A stretch of DNA of 64,000 bases from Planctomycetota bacterium (GTDB taxonomy: Bacteria > Planctomycetota > PLA2 > JAEUHO01), in contig CBDCTJ010000007.1 of assembly GCA_965222115.1 (NCBI GenBank), positions 2,336,001-2,400,000 on the forward strand, given 5' to 3'. The position numbers were made by a program, and so were the translations under genes. Position 1 is the stretch's first letter, and each line of letters opens with the position of its first letter. Below the pieces are notes generated by a model. It saw only the letters and a list, made by a program, of their open reading frames with translations. It searched no databases and had not been told where the DNA came from. This document shows, piece by piece, positions 27,807 to 38,279 of the stretch.

Positions 27807-29513
27807 TTAGGTCCGGTTCCAGTCAAAGACCGGACGTTCCGGCCGGCCATAGAGCGTTAAGGCGCCCTGTTCGCCAACCGCGTTGGGCCGTTGGAAGATC
27901 CAGTTTTGCCACGCCGAGAGCCGACCAAAGATCTTGGTCTCCAACGTTTCCGGGCCGGCAAAACGCAAGTTGGCTTCCATACCAGTCAATGCGTCGGGCG
28001 AAAGGCTGGCGCGCTCTTCAATCGCGATGCGCACCTCATCCTCGTAGTCGATGTCGTCCGGCGAAAGCGTAACAAGCCCTGCTTCCTCAGCCGCGCGAGC
28101 ATCCCACGTGCCGTCATGTGCTAACGCGGCTTTGAGTGCCTCTGCGCCGCCCAGGAAACGGGTTTCCAAGCGCGTCAAGCCATTGGACATGGGCAGGGGG
28201 CCGCGGTTGAGCGCCGAAAGCTGAATGCTGTTGGGGGCATCGGGATCATCCAGCATGTAACTTCGATCACAGGCCAGCGTGAGTTCGAAAAGCGAACCCA
28301 CGAAACACGAGCCGGGCTCGATCAATGCGAATGCACTGCGCGCCGTTAGGTCGAGGCGTTTCCATACGCGCTTGAGCGTCATCAGCGACTCGAACACAAA
28401 CCAGTCTGTCGCCGCATGCTCGTCAAGAAACGCATCATGCGCCAGAACCTGTGCCGCATCGCCCTCTGTCTTGATCACCAACGTACCAATGTCGGGTCGA
28501 TTGAATCTCAGATCCAAGAGGACATCATCGAGTTCACGGGCCATGCGAAGCGGCCAATAGGTGGTGGCCTGCTTGCGTGCGCCCGCTGCGTCGGTAGGCG
28601 GTACGTCGGAAGGACCCCGGATCACAATGGTGCCGACGCGATCATCAATGGTGAGCGACACGAGCGAATGCGTTACGCCGGTAGCGTCGTAGATGCCCTC
28701 CAAGGGTGGCAGGCCAACGCCTTTGCCCGAGCGTCCACGCGGCGCGTCGTCATCCGCATGCGACGCAACGACTTCCTCGATACGTTTGCCAAACCGGCTC
28801 GACGGAACCGATTCATCGACCAAGCCCCATGATGCGGCGCGTTTTCCTTTGACACCCTCGGCGACCGTACTGAATACGTCGGCCAAGTCGCGGCGTACTT
28901 TGCGCTTGTCCACCAGTCGCGTCAGTCCGCCCGTCCCTGGCAATACGGCGAGCAAAGGCACCTCGGGAAGGCTCACTGCCGTGCTTCCGTCGTCTTGCAA
29001 AATGATCTCGTCGCACGCCATGGCGAGTTCGTAGCCGCCACCGGCGCACGTACCCTTGAGAGATGCAACGGTGTGAATGCCGCATTCGTCTGCCATGTCT
29101 TCGAGATACAGGCGCGTTTCGTTGGTGAACTTGCAGAAGTTCACTTTGAAGCCGTGTGTGGACGAGCAAAGCATATTGATGTTGGCGCCTGCACAAAAGA
29201 TGCCGGCAACGGCACTCTCCACCAGCAACAGGCGTACGTCCGGATGTTCAAAGCGAAGGCGGCGAATCACGTCAGCCAGTTCGATATCCACGCTCAAGTC
29301 GTAGGAGTTTAGCTTGAGTTCGTAGCCGGGCCGCAGCCCCTCATTCGGTTGCACATTCATGCCAAGGCGAGCGACATGACCATCGACACTGAACACCCAA
29401 TGCTGGTAGTGTTCAGGCGAGGATTCGAATCGAACCGGCGCGACCGCCGCATTGTAATTCGTTGCGTCGGAGACCGTTGCAGCATCCGACGATACAGAGG
29501 TTGTTGTACTCAT
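27807..29513 (-). CDS. boxC: 2,3-epoxybenzoyl-CoA dihydrolase
   Basis: LKLNSYDL, KVNFCKFTNETR, LPEVPLLAVLPGTGG and RLSAWQNWIFQRPNAVG motifs; tandem crotonase folds. Confidence 0.95.
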   Translation of the reverse strand: MSTTTSVSSDAATVSDATNYNAAVAPVRFESSPEHYQHWVFSVDGHVARLGMNVQPNEGLRPGYELKLNSYDLSVDIELADVIRRLRFEHPDVRLLLVESAVAGIFCAGANINMLCSSTHGFKVNFCKFTNETRLYLEDMADECGIHTVASLKGTCAGGGYELAMACDEIILQDDGSTAVSLPEVPLLAVLPGTGGLTRLVDKRKVRRDLADVFSTVAEGVKGKRAASWGLVDESVPSSRFGKRIEEVVASHADDDAPRGRSGKGVGLPPLEGIYDATGVTHSLVSLTIDDRVGTIVIRGPSDVPPTDAAGARKQATTYWPLRMARELDDVLLDLRFNRPDIGTLVIKTEGDAAQVLAHDAFLDEHAATDWFVFESLMTLKRVWKRLDLTARSAFALIEPGSCFVGSLFELTLACDRSYMLDDPDAPNSIQLSALNRGPLPMSNGLTRLETRFLGGAEALKAALAHDGTWDARAAEEAGLVTLSPDDIDYEDEVRIAIEERASLSPDALTGMEANLRFAGPETLETKIFGRLSAWQNWIFQRPNAVGEQGALTLYGRPERPVFDWNRT

Positions 29514-29562
29514 TGGCAATCATGCTACGGCCCGTCGGAAGGGGAGCGAACTTCGTCACCAT

Positions 29563-29621
29563 GGTGAACACTTGTGCAATGAAATGGTGGTGTTGGCGAA
29601 TGGAGGTGAACACTTGTGCAA
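29563..29621. promoter_or_regulatory. Perfect 17-bp direct repeat upstream of boxC (candidate BoxR/BzdR-type operators)
   Basis: GGTGAACACTTGTGCAA at 29563 and 29605 (42-bp period); contains TGAA-N6-TGCA. Confidence 0.55.
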
Positions 29622-30076
29622 CGCGAGTTGGTTCCATCGATATGGATTCGGGGGGCGGGCTCGATGCGCCCAATCTCGGTTGCTCTTTGCCCTGTCCCAC
29701 ACCGCGGTCAGCGGCGAAGATCGTGCGAACGCGCTCGCAAAGTGTCAATTGCTCCTGCACACAGTGCAAAGAAAACGTACTTCTTGGAGCACGACTCCTA
29801 CGATTCACATGGCTCAAGTCCGATAGAAATTGTAGCGAACCTCACTTGATGGGCTTTGCAGGCGTTGCGTACAACTGCGATCAAGGTACGCGCTACCCGC
29901 GTGATAGGTTATTGTTCGTATATATATCCGGCATATTCGTTGCTTGTTGCCACTTGGACTCCACTGACGGTCGCAAGATCGTCGATAGGAGTTCATCCGG
30001 CGATTTCGGCGACCCGATCCCGTCCGGCTGCCTAGATCGCGCGCTACACGAGTGGCCTGCAACTGGAGTCGCAAGT

Positions 30077-30292
30077 ATGCACGTGCAGTTCAAATGCCTG
30101 CAAGATGGTTTGCGTTACTACCGCGTCATGCGCGATAGCCTCGAGATCTTCGTAGGCACACGCGATGAATGTGATCGGTTCTTGACGATACATTTTGCCA
30201 AGGTTGAACAGGAGCGGTTAGACGGACTCAAGACACCGCGCAGCAAGCCCGTCTTGATTCGTTCGTATCGAGCGATTCGCGCCCAGGCGTAA
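30077..30292 (+). CDS. Hypothetical small protein (71 aa)
   Basis: GGAG RBS upstream of ATG; protein-like composition (MHVQFKCLQDGLRYYRV...). Confidence 0.55.
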   Translation: MHVQFKCLQDGLRYYRVMRDSLEIFVGTRDECDRFLTIHFAKVEQERLDGLKTPRSKPVLIRSYRAIRAQA

Positions 30293-30448
30293 CGCCCACA
30301 CACCAGTCCTTTCGTACGGTCAGTCGCCTCGTACACTCGTACTCCCCTCTTACGATTTGTGCCCCTCTTATAGATTCGGGGAGTGAAGCCCAAGATGCAG
30401 CCGTGACATCGCTGCCGCACCATAGCGGATTCGCATCCGATCGACGAG

Positions 30449-31858
30449 ATGCGGGCGAGGCGTTGCGGCGTGGACCCACACCTATTCTCAACTCGACTAC
30501 GGGACCCGTATCTCGGCAACCCTTATCTGGCCGTTGCTGTCGCTCGCGTCAAAGCGGTTGCCTACCGCGTGATCCTTGCACTCGCAGTTTTGGGGGGAAT
30601 CGGTTTCGCCGCCTCGGATGCGTGTGACGCGCGCGAACTCACGGCACTCGAAGCAGGCCCCCTGGGCAATGCACGCGTCGTTGTGCACGGAGCCCTTGAC
30701 TCGGTTTCGGAAGTGGGGGTGCGGTCTGGACGCCAACTGTTGTCCGTTCGTGTGATTGAGATCTTCAAGCAGTCCTGGCCCAAGGGGTCTACCCGGCGAT
30801 TGAGTACAGGCGACGTTGTTCATGTTGCGGTGCGGGGCCCGCGCGGTGTGCTTGGAACCGGCCAAGCGCGACCGCTACATTTTCAGCCGGACGAGAAGGG
30901 GAAGTGTGTGTTCTTCCTCAATCTCGGTGCCAGTGGTGGCCTGTTGCTGCAATCCGTGATTCGCGAGAACGGAAGCGAAGGGAGCGACAAAGTGGACGCG
31001 GTGCGCACCATTGCGCGCTTCATTGCGCTACCGGATCGCGCCGTTAGGGAACGCAAGCTCATAGATTATCTACTTACGCGCGCGGGGGGGCGGGGGCGAT
31101 GGAGCCGCGTCAATGCCACGCGAGAACTTCATCACATCGCGCGCGTTGCGCCGGACCTCTTTGGCTCGTCAGAACGCAAGCGTATTGACGCACTGATGCG
31201 CCGTGCACTGACTCCCGATCAACAACATTGGCTTCAACAGTTGATGCGCACGCTTGGACCGAGCGATGAATTCGGCGAGCCACCGACCGGAGAAGATCTC
31301 GCACGTGATGACGAGAAGCCGGGTTCGCGAGCCAAGCGGCGCACGGACACGTGGCTACGACTCTTCGATGATGCCACGACGGATGTGCAGCGCGAGTCGC
31401 TCTTCACGCAACTCCTGGCTGCAATGGATCCAAGCGATCCTGATCCGCGATCGGTGGCGGCGCTCCTTTCGGCGTTCGGTCGATCGTCGCTTGGGCTGCA
31501 GCGTTGGGTCTTGGATCGACTCATCTACAACCGCTGCTACGCGATTGTTCCGCGACTGCGTGTTCACTACGCGCGTACCGTAGCCATTGAAACTCGCGAG
31601 ATGCTGATTCGTGCCATCGGACTCCTGGGAGAAGACTTGGACGTCGGCTGGCTCACGCAGCGCATGAAAAATCGTGAGTTGCGACGTGCGGTTCTCCTTG
31701 CTCTCGCTCGCATTCGCTCGTCGGCGGCCTTGCAGGTGCTGAAGGCGGAGCACGCGCGTGCGCTGAGCCAATCCGGTGCAAGCGCCCGCGCCGAGGCCGC
31801 TTGGCTGGCCTATTTGCTTTCTGATGACTTTGCCGTGAGACGAGGCGCGAAACGCTAG
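30449..31858 (+). CDS. Hypothetical exported HEAT/ARM-repeat protein
   Basis: Long ORF with a signal-like hydrophobic stretch and HEAT-like motifs (LIRAIGLLG, VLLALARI); start uncertain. Confidence 0.6.
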   Translation: MRARRCGVDPHLFSTRLRDPYLGNPYLAVAVARVKAVAYRVILALAVLGGIGFAASDACDARELTALEAGPLGNARVVVHGALDSVSEVGVRSGRQLLSVRVIEIFKQSWPKGSTRRLSTGDVVHVAVRGPRGVLGTGQARPLHFQPDEKGKCVFFLNLGASGGLLLQSVIRENGSEGSDKVDAVRTIARFIALPDRAVRERKLIDYLLTRAGGRGRWSRVNATRELHHIARVAPDLFGSSERKRIDALMRRALTPDQQHWLQQLMRTLGPSDEFGEPPTGEDLARDDEKPGSRAKRRTDTWLRLFDDATTDVQRESLFTQLLAAMDPSDPDPRSVAALLSAFGRSSLGLQRWVLDRLIYNRCYAIVPRLRVHYARTVAIETREMLIRAIGLLGEDLDVGWLTQRMKNRELRRAVLLALARIRSSAALQVLKAEHARALSQSGASARAEAAWLAYLLSDDFAVRRGAKR

Positions 31859-31945
31859 CTTCGAGACAAGCGAATCAGCGAGCCGGTGCTAATCACGGCT
31901 TAGGACCGAAGGGCCCACAACCGTAGTAAAGGGGTAGGCCGCGTT

Positions 31946-33808
31946 TTGTTCGCGGGCTGGAGTACCGTCGCCGTGCGCCCTCTCATCTTACGTCTTGCCT
32001 TAGGTAGTTGTCTCGTACCCTTGGGCGTGGCCGGCGTGTCAGTCGTTGGCGTCTCATCGGCAGTTGCCGACGAACAGCAGCTTCCGCGCGACAACCCATT
32101 GCCACCACCCATTATCCGCAAGTCCGGTTCAAACCATGCAAACAGAGACTGGAGCGGCGCCTCCCCGGGTGTTAACTCCACGGGCGTTACATCTACGGGC
32201 GTTACATCTACGGGCGTTACATCTACGGACAATGCCCCCCCGGCCGAGAGGTCGGCTGCAGACGCAGCGTTCAGCAAGCGTGATCGCTCCAACTCAGCGG
32301 GAGACTCCGACTCGGAACGTGATGAGCCCGTCACTCAACTTGTGGGCGACACGGTTACGCGTTCGGTGCCCGACGATGCGCTACACCTTACGCTTGAAGA
32401 AGTGTTGCGTATGGGCGTTCAGAAGAACCTATCCCTGCAGTCATCGGCGTATGGCGTCCCGATAGCCGACCGTCAATGGATCGCCGCGGATGCAGGCTTT
32501 GACATGTTGCTGACGGGAAGTTTCGAAGTCGGTCGCAATGAAACTCCCGCAACATCGGCGTTCTTTGGTACGTCGGTCGTCGAGGAGGACGCCGTTCGTG
32601 CACGTGCAGGCCTTTCACGCCGGCTTCGAAGTGGCGGCAGCGTATCGTTGATGTATCGTGCGGATCGGTTGGAGACAAACAACCAGTTCAACTCCATCAA
32701 CCCCGCGTGGACCAATGGTCTTACATACGAAGTTACCCAACCCTTACTACGGGGTGCGGGCGTTGTTGCACTCAACGATGTACGGCGCGCGCAGAACAAC
32801 ATTCGCGCGGCGAAGGCCATCCATCGTCAACAGTTGGAACGCATCCTGCTGGCGATTGTCGAGACCTATTGGGAATTGGTCTATGCGCAGGAATCCTTGG
32901 AAGCACGCGTGCAATCGGAACAAGTCGCGCGCGAGTTGTTGACCGATGCGCAGGCGCGCTTGGATGCAGAACTCGGCACGCCGCTCGATACGGCGGAGGC
33001 GCGGGCCGGCGTCGAGGCCCGTCGTAGCGAACGACTTGCCGCCGAAAACATTCGTGATGGCCTTGCGGATCGGTTGCGCGCACTCATTATGCCGTTTCAG
33101 GGATCGGCAGAGGATACGGTGGTGATCATTCCGCGTGAGCGCGCGTCCGATCGCGCGCCGCAGCTTCCGGCGTCAACGAGCGCCGATCGATTGGTGCGAC
33201 TCGCGTTTTCTGCACGACCGGAGTTGCGTGAGCAACGAGCGGCACTTGCCAATACCGGGCTCGACATTCAGCGCGCGCGCGATGCCATGCGACCGTCCTT
33301 GAATGTGGTGGGACGCGTTGGCACGCAGGGGTTGGACACCACCGTGGGTCCGTCGCTCTCGGATGCCGCGCGCGGTAAGGCCTTGTCGGCGAGCATCGGT
33401 GTTGAGTACTCGATGTACGTTGGCAATCGGGCCGCGCGCGCGAACTGGCACATCTCAACCTGGCGCCGCAGGCAAGTGGAGCTTGGTATCGACGAACTAC
33501 GCAATCAAGTCGTTGTTGAAGTCCGGGGTGCGCTCCGAGAACTTGCCACGGCGCGGGCTCAGCGAAATGCAGCGCAAGCAGAGGTCACAGCCGCGAAAGA
33601 AGGGCTAACTGGCGAGCGCGCCCGGCTTCGCGAAGGGCGTTCCACACCGTTTCGTGTGCTTCAGAAAGAAGATCAGCTTACGGCAGCCCGCACCCGCCTT
33701 GCTCGCGCGGCGACCACGGCACTAACCGCCGAAGCGCGTGTGTGGAAGGCGACCGGTTCCCTCGCGCAGTCATTACGTATCGCGCCGGACGTATTGCCCG
33801 GTTCGTAG
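31946..33808 (+). CDS. TolC family outer membrane protein
   Basis: LTLEEVLRMGVQKNLSL, QPLLRGAG, VETYWEL and RPEL motifs in a two-repeat OEP pattern; N-terminal STGVT repeats. Confidence 0.85.
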   Translation: MFAGWSTVAVRPLILRLALGSCLVPLGVAGVSVVGVSSAVADEQQLPRDNPLPPPIIRKSGSNHANRDWSGASPGVNSTGVTSTGVTSTGVTSTDNAPPAERSAADAAFSKRDRSNSAGDSDSERDEPVTQLVGDTVTRSVPDDALHLTLEEVLRMGVQKNLSLQSSAYGVPIADRQWIAADAGFDMLLTGSFEVGRNETPATSAFFGTSVVEEDAVRARAGLSRRLRSGGSVSLMYRADRLETNNQFNSINPAWTNGLTYEVTQPLLRGAGVVALNDVRRAQNNIRAAKAIHRQQLERILLAIVETYWELVYAQESLEARVQSEQVARELLTDAQARLDAELGTPLDTAEARAGVEARRSERLAAENIRDGLADRLRALIMPFQGSAEDTVVIIPRERASDRAPQLPASTSADRLVRLAFSARPELREQRAALANTGLDIQRARDAMRPSLNVVGRVGTQGLDTTVGPSLSDAARGKALSASIGVEYSMYVGNRAARANWHISTWRRRQVELGIDELRNQVVVEVRGALRELATARAQRNAAQAEVTAAKEGLTGERARLREGRSTPFRVLQKEDQLTAARTRLARAATTALTAEARVWKATGSLAQSLRIAPDVLPGS

Positions 33809-33971
33809 ACCACCGAAACACCACGACGCACGAACAATCGCGGGAAGCGGGTTCGCTCGCGCCTACGATAGTGCGATGATGAATTCTGGATGCGTCAACG
33901 CACGATCTCCGTCGAGGGGCGATGGCCACCTCCGCGCCAGGCGCTTGTGCGGCGTGGCGATTCGGGGCGCC

Positions 33972-36023
33972 GTGCGGTATCTCATATTGTCCATCGTGCT
34001 GGCACTTGGTGCATGTGGCGACAGCCCATCGGAGCAACCGGCGTTGACCAACCATGACGCTGATCCGCAGCAAGCCCAACCTCCCGTCGCCACGCATGAC
34101 GCGCCACAGGACGCTACGCAACATGGCGTCAAGCGAGCGGTACCCGAACGCAGCGAAACCGAGCTTTCATCCGTCAGCAACGAATCCAAAGTCAGGTACA
34201 ACCTTGAACGAATTTCGCGCGGTCCGGAGAGAACGACGGGGCTGATTATTCCTCATTTGCATAAGCGATCGCTGGCCATGGCACAGACCGACCTGGCCGC
34301 GCTACCTGATGAAACGCTCAAGCAACTCGCGCGTCCCGAGATTCAGGCACGGTTTTTCGGTCCCCATGTTCACGTCTTGGATGGCTGGTTTGCCATGATC
34401 AACGTGATCGCGCAGCTCACGATGGTGCGCCGGGTGCCGCCCGACGTTGTGCGTGCTTGGGCCGAACCCGCATTGACGCCCGCGAGGAAACGCGAGGGGT
34501 CGCTCTTGGTGTTCCGTAGACGAGCGACGGAGTTGATCGTTACGGCGCGAGACCCCTCGTTGGCCGGGCTGTTACTTCGTTTTTTGAAGAATGACCCGGG
34601 GGATCGTCGCATTGGACCGATCGCACTGTCGGCGTTGGTGTCCTATGGATCACCTTGGGCAGAACGCGCCTTGCAGGTTGCATATCGATCGGGTGGTCCG
34701 GTCCTTTGGAAGAACGCCGCCACGTTGATTGCACGAGCGGCGGGTCCAACGCTGGATTACGACACGATGGATCGCCTTGCATGGTGGTCTCATCTCGTCG
34801 AGACGTCGGCACCTCCGTTGACGCGATCCCTACCGCAGTTCAAGGTGTTTTCGTGGGACAACCGTCGTGCGTGGACCGATCCGATGGTGTTGCGTGTGGC
34901 GCAGGAGGGATTCCAAGAACGAAGCGTTCCTACGCATCCTTTGCCACGTTCGAACTCGGGGTGGCAATCACGCCGATTTCATGAGACGGCTTCGGTAGCA
35001 GTGCACGGACTCTTGTTGAGTGGGAAGGAACCTGCCGCACGAACGCGATGCCGATTGGCGCGACACGATCCACCGTTGCCGGTCTACCTCAATTCCGTGG
35101 ATGCCGATCTAACGCTCAAGGGCATCGACGACTTGCTCTACTATCGCGCCTTGCACTGCATGATGGGACAGCCGACTACGGAAAACGGTGAGCGGAGCGA
35201 TCCCGTCGAGCAACTGTTGATGGCCATTGGGCCCGACCGAGAGAAATTCGCCGCCACACCGAAGTTGGTGATTGAGCTTGTTCAGTCCGTACCGAATCCT
35301 TCGACCGATGAGCGCGCCAAGCGCGCACTTTTCAAAGTGATGGAAACATTGCGTCCACTTACCACGTGGGGGCCTTCAGTTCAGGCGGCCTACGATGCCC
35401 TTGAACCCGTCGCGCCGGAGCGCGACGAGCGGCTGAAGCAGATGTTGATTGGGGATGATGCAACCGATCTGTCCAAGCGGTCGGCGCTGCATGCAATTCG
35501 CCGCGACTTGCGCCCCGAGTATGCGTCGATGCTGTTGGCGTTTCACGATCGCCAAGTGCCCGAACAGCAACCGGCGATTCGTCGCATGCTGATTCCACTC
35601 TTTGCCAAGCGCGACGGAATTGAACCCGAGCTATTCGACAGATTTTTGGTTAGGCACATCGGATGGATCAATGCCGCGCCCGCCAAAGAAATGTCACTCA
35701 TGGCGAGCAGTTTGTTGGACTTTGGTGAGTCAGGTATCGCTGCATTCGTCCAGGGACTTCTGGGGCCCCATCGCATGGCATACATCACCGCATGGCCCCA
35801 GCACAAACCGCATCCTGTCGGCCTAAAGCTCGCACGAGCGCTTATGAACCCCATCGATCGCTCTACGCCGCACCAGGAAATCACGTTCGCATTGACATTG
35901 GCGTATCTGACGTTTCCGGCGGAGGCGGCCCCCGTGCTTGTGAGTCTCGGCGAACGACTCGGCGACAAGCACGAGGAGGCTGTCCAGTCCGTCATTCACC
36001 GCATACGTCGCCGCGCGAAGTAG
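33972..36023 (+). CDS. Hypothetical lipoprotein
   Basis: Long ORF; GTG 33972 gives MRYLILSIVLALGAC (lipobox). Confidence 0.6.
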   Translation: MRYLILSIVLALGACGDSPSEQPALTNHDADPQQAQPPVATHDAPQDATQHGVKRAVPERSETELSSVSNESKVRYNLERISRGPERTTGLIIPHLHKRSLAMAQTDLAALPDETLKQLARPEIQARFFGPHVHVLDGWFAMINVIAQLTMVRRVPPDVVRAWAEPALTPARKREGSLLVFRRRATELIVTARDPSLAGLLLRFLKNDPGDRRIGPIALSALVSYGSPWAERALQVAYRSGGPVLWKNAATLIARAAGPTLDYDTMDRLAWWSHLVETSAPPLTRSLPQFKVFSWDNRRAWTDPMVLRVAQEGFQERSVPTHPLPRSNSGWQSRRFHETASVAVHGLLLSGKEPAARTRCRLARHDPPLPVYLNSVDADLTLKGIDDLLYYRALHCMMGQPTTENGERSDPVEQLLMAIGPDREKFAATPKLVIELVQSVPNPSTDERAKRALFKVMETLRPLTTWGPSVQAAYDALEPVAPERDERLKQMLIGDDATDLSKRSALHAIRRDLRPEYASMLLAFHDRQVPEQQPAIRRMLIPLFAKRDGIEPELFDRFLVRHIGWINAAPAKEMSLMASSLLDFGESGIAAFVQGLLGPHRMAYITAWPQHKPHPVGLKLARALMNPIDRSTPHQEITFALTLAYLTFPAEAAPVLVSLGERLGDKHEEAVQSVIHRIRRRAK

Positions 36024-36232
36024 CAACGTTTTCATCCTGAGCATCCAGCGCTACTGACACCTTCCCCGTTTCCTTCCCGCTACTGAATCAATGTCCTGGA
36101 CTTGAACCGGAGCATGGCTGCATAGGTCCGTGCTTCGCAGGAGACAAGGAACGGATCCGGAAAACGTTCCAGTTTCAGGTGACCGCGCAATAGACATGGT
36201 GCCCCACCATTCCGTCGGTATGCTCTCTGCCG

Positions 36233-36715
36233 ATGGAGCGCCCCCAATCGACCACCGAAGCCACTTCTGCGTCGAGCGAATCGCGTTACGGCGCGGTTGA
36301 GCGGCGTCAGCAACCCACCAAAATGCTCTCGCGTTGGTCCTTCAAAGGCCGGCGAATCGGTGGGCGACGCGATGGCGAGCGGGACTACATCTATGTGGAT
36401 CGACCGGGGGGGTGGATGGCGTTGGCGTTCACCGCATTGTTGGCCCTTTCCCTCCTCGACGCATGGTTTACGCTCGATCTGATTCGCAGCGGCGCCACCG
36501 AAGCCAATCCTGTCATGCGCGCCGCCCTCACTCTGGGTAATCACGCATTCGTACTCATTAAGACTGTGATAACAATATTCGCGGTGGGTTTTCTTTGTCT
36601 CCATAAGAACTGGCCATTGGGTCGGCTTTGCATGATGTTGGCGCTATATGGATACAGCGTTTTGATTCTCTATCATCTCTACGCCCAGCAATTGGTTTCG
36701 TCTGCGCCTGCGTAA
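36233..36715 (+). CDS. DUF5658-like membrane protein
   Basis: GRR...RR.....YVDR, then LSLLDAWFTL...GATEANPVM...F.LIK, with three TM segments. Confidence 0.75.
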   Translation: MERPQSTTEATSASSESRYGAVERRQQPTKMLSRWSFKGRRIGGRRDGERDYIYVDRPGGWMALAFTALLALSLLDAWFTLDLIRSGATEANPVMRAALTLGNHAFVLIKTVITIFAVGFLCLHKNWPLGRLCMMLALYGYSVLILYHLYAQQLVSSAPA

Positions 36716-36879
36716 CTTCTTCTGTAACTGAATCCTTTTCCCAACCTGTTCCTGTCTCTTCTACGAGAAGGCATGAACACTGACGGTCAACCACCCAGAA
36801 CAAGTTCAGGCGACAGATTCAGTGAGAGATTCGGACACGGGAAATGAGGAACGCACAGAAGACGTAGACGCAAATCACG

Positions 36880-37689
36880 CTATGCAAACGACTGCGATTC
36901 ATCTTCCGCATGTCTCCGGACGAAGAAGATTGCGAGACCCACGAAGAAGATGGGGATGCTTATGAACTGACTCGTGCTCAGGAAGCCGTCAATCACCATG
37001 CCTCGCGCCACGTCATCGCCGCGCCAGACCTCCACAATGGATCGACCGACGGCGTAGAGCATGAGAAATAGACCGGCGACCCGTCCGGGCTTGAGTCCGC
37101 GGCGCATAAAGAGTGAGAGAATGATGAATAGCAGAAGGCCATGCAGGCTGTGATAGAGCTGCGCCGGGTGAAGCTCAACGCCAATGAGATGATTGGGAAC
37201 TTGGGTGTATTCGTGCGGCGGAAACTTCACGGCCCATGGAAGTCCTTCGGCGGGCTTGCCAAAATTTTCGCCGCCTAGAAAGCTCGCGAAGCGACCCACG
37301 AAGATGGCGAGACACGCACCCAAACTCATGATGTCGAGCAGTGCCCACCCGTTCCATTTGGTTCGTCGTGGCAACGTCCACGCGAGATAGAGCAAGCAGG
37401 CAATCAGGCCACCGTAGTAAACCAGCCCGCCCTTCCACACTTCAAAGAGCTGCATGGGATTCTTGGCATGCTCTTCATAGTTGATCAATACATAGAGTAA
37501 CCGTGCGCCAGCGAGGCCGATAAAGAGCAGGATGAAGCACAGGTTCATCACGCGCTCGCCGTCTAACCCAAGCGTCTTGACCGCTCGACGTTGGACATAA
37601 ATCGAGCTCACCAAAAATGCCAACACGATGAATGCGCCAAAGGCATAGATCTTGATCGACTCGCTGATCTCAAAGAGAACCGGATACAC
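36880..37689 (-). CDS. lgt: Prolipoprotein diacylglyceryl transferase
   Basis: MYPVLF, GARLLYV, WKGGLVYYGG, GRFASFLGG, LPWAV.F, HPAQLY and R..VE..R.D motifs. Confidence 0.93.
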   Translation of the reverse strand: MYPVLFEISESIKIYAFGAFIVLAFLVSSIYVQRRAVKTLGLDGERVMNLCFILLFIGLAGARLLYVLINYEEHAKNPMQLFEVWKGGLVYYGGLIACLLYLAWTLPRRTKWNGWALLDIMSLGACLAIFVGRFASFLGGENFGKPAEGLPWAVKFPPHEYTQVPNHLIGVELHPAQLYHSLHGLLLFIILSLFMRRGLKPGRVAGLFLMLYAVGRSIVEVWRGDDVARGMVIDGFLSTSQFISIPIFFVGLAIFFVRRHAEDESQSFA

Positions 37690-37749
37690 GGTCGATCTCC
37701 TTCATTCGCTCGCGGACATGATTCGAAACGTCGCCAGGAGTTATTGGTG

Positions 37750-38130
37750 TTATTCGAGCCCGGCCTCGTAGGCACCCAAGTCCACAAAGTCGCCAGTGGC
37801 ACCCGGATCGTTGGCCTTGATTTTGAATAACCAACCGCTTTCGAAGCAGTCGTTGGTGAGGGGCGTTTGGTCGTCGGCCAAGCCTTCATTGGTCTCAATG
37901 ACCTCGCCGTCGAAGGGTGCGTAGATTTCACCGACGGCTTTCACGCTCTCGACCTCGCATATGGACTCGCCCGCTTCTACGTCCTGACCCACGTCGGGGA
38001 GATCCACAAAAACCAGTTCGCCAAGGTGTTCCACGGCAAAGTCGGTAAGACCGACAGTGGCCACGTCACCTTCGAGTCGAATCCACTCGTGAGTTTTGGT
38101 GTAGAGGACGTCGTCGGGGCGATCGGCCAT
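37750..38130 (-). CDS. gcvH: Glycine cleavage system H protein
   Basis: YTKTHEW, LGELVFVDLP, VESVKA (lipoyl Lys) and GWLFKI motifs. Confidence 0.95.
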   Translation of the reverse strand: MADRPDDVLYTKTHEWIRLEGDVATVGLTDFAVEHLGELVFVDLPDVGQDVEAGESICEVESVKAVGEIYAPFDGEVIETNEGLADDQTPLTNDCFESGWLFKIKANDPGATGDFVDLGAYEAGLE

Positions 38131-38279
38131 GGCGGCTCCTTTGGTTGATGGCATGCTTTGGGTTTCGCACGGGGGCGAGGGACAGCGACGAGGTCGAAAC
38201 CCCGTCGGATGTGCGGCGCGCATCGTAGCCGCTTCCGAGCCCGCGACCAGTCCCAACTTGCGGGCGATTCGGTGTGGAA

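Noticed and set aside
32180-32228. 15-bp tandem repeat (ACGGGCGTTACATCT)
   Set aside because: In-frame STGVT linker repeat within the TolC N-terminus; ordinary low complexity.
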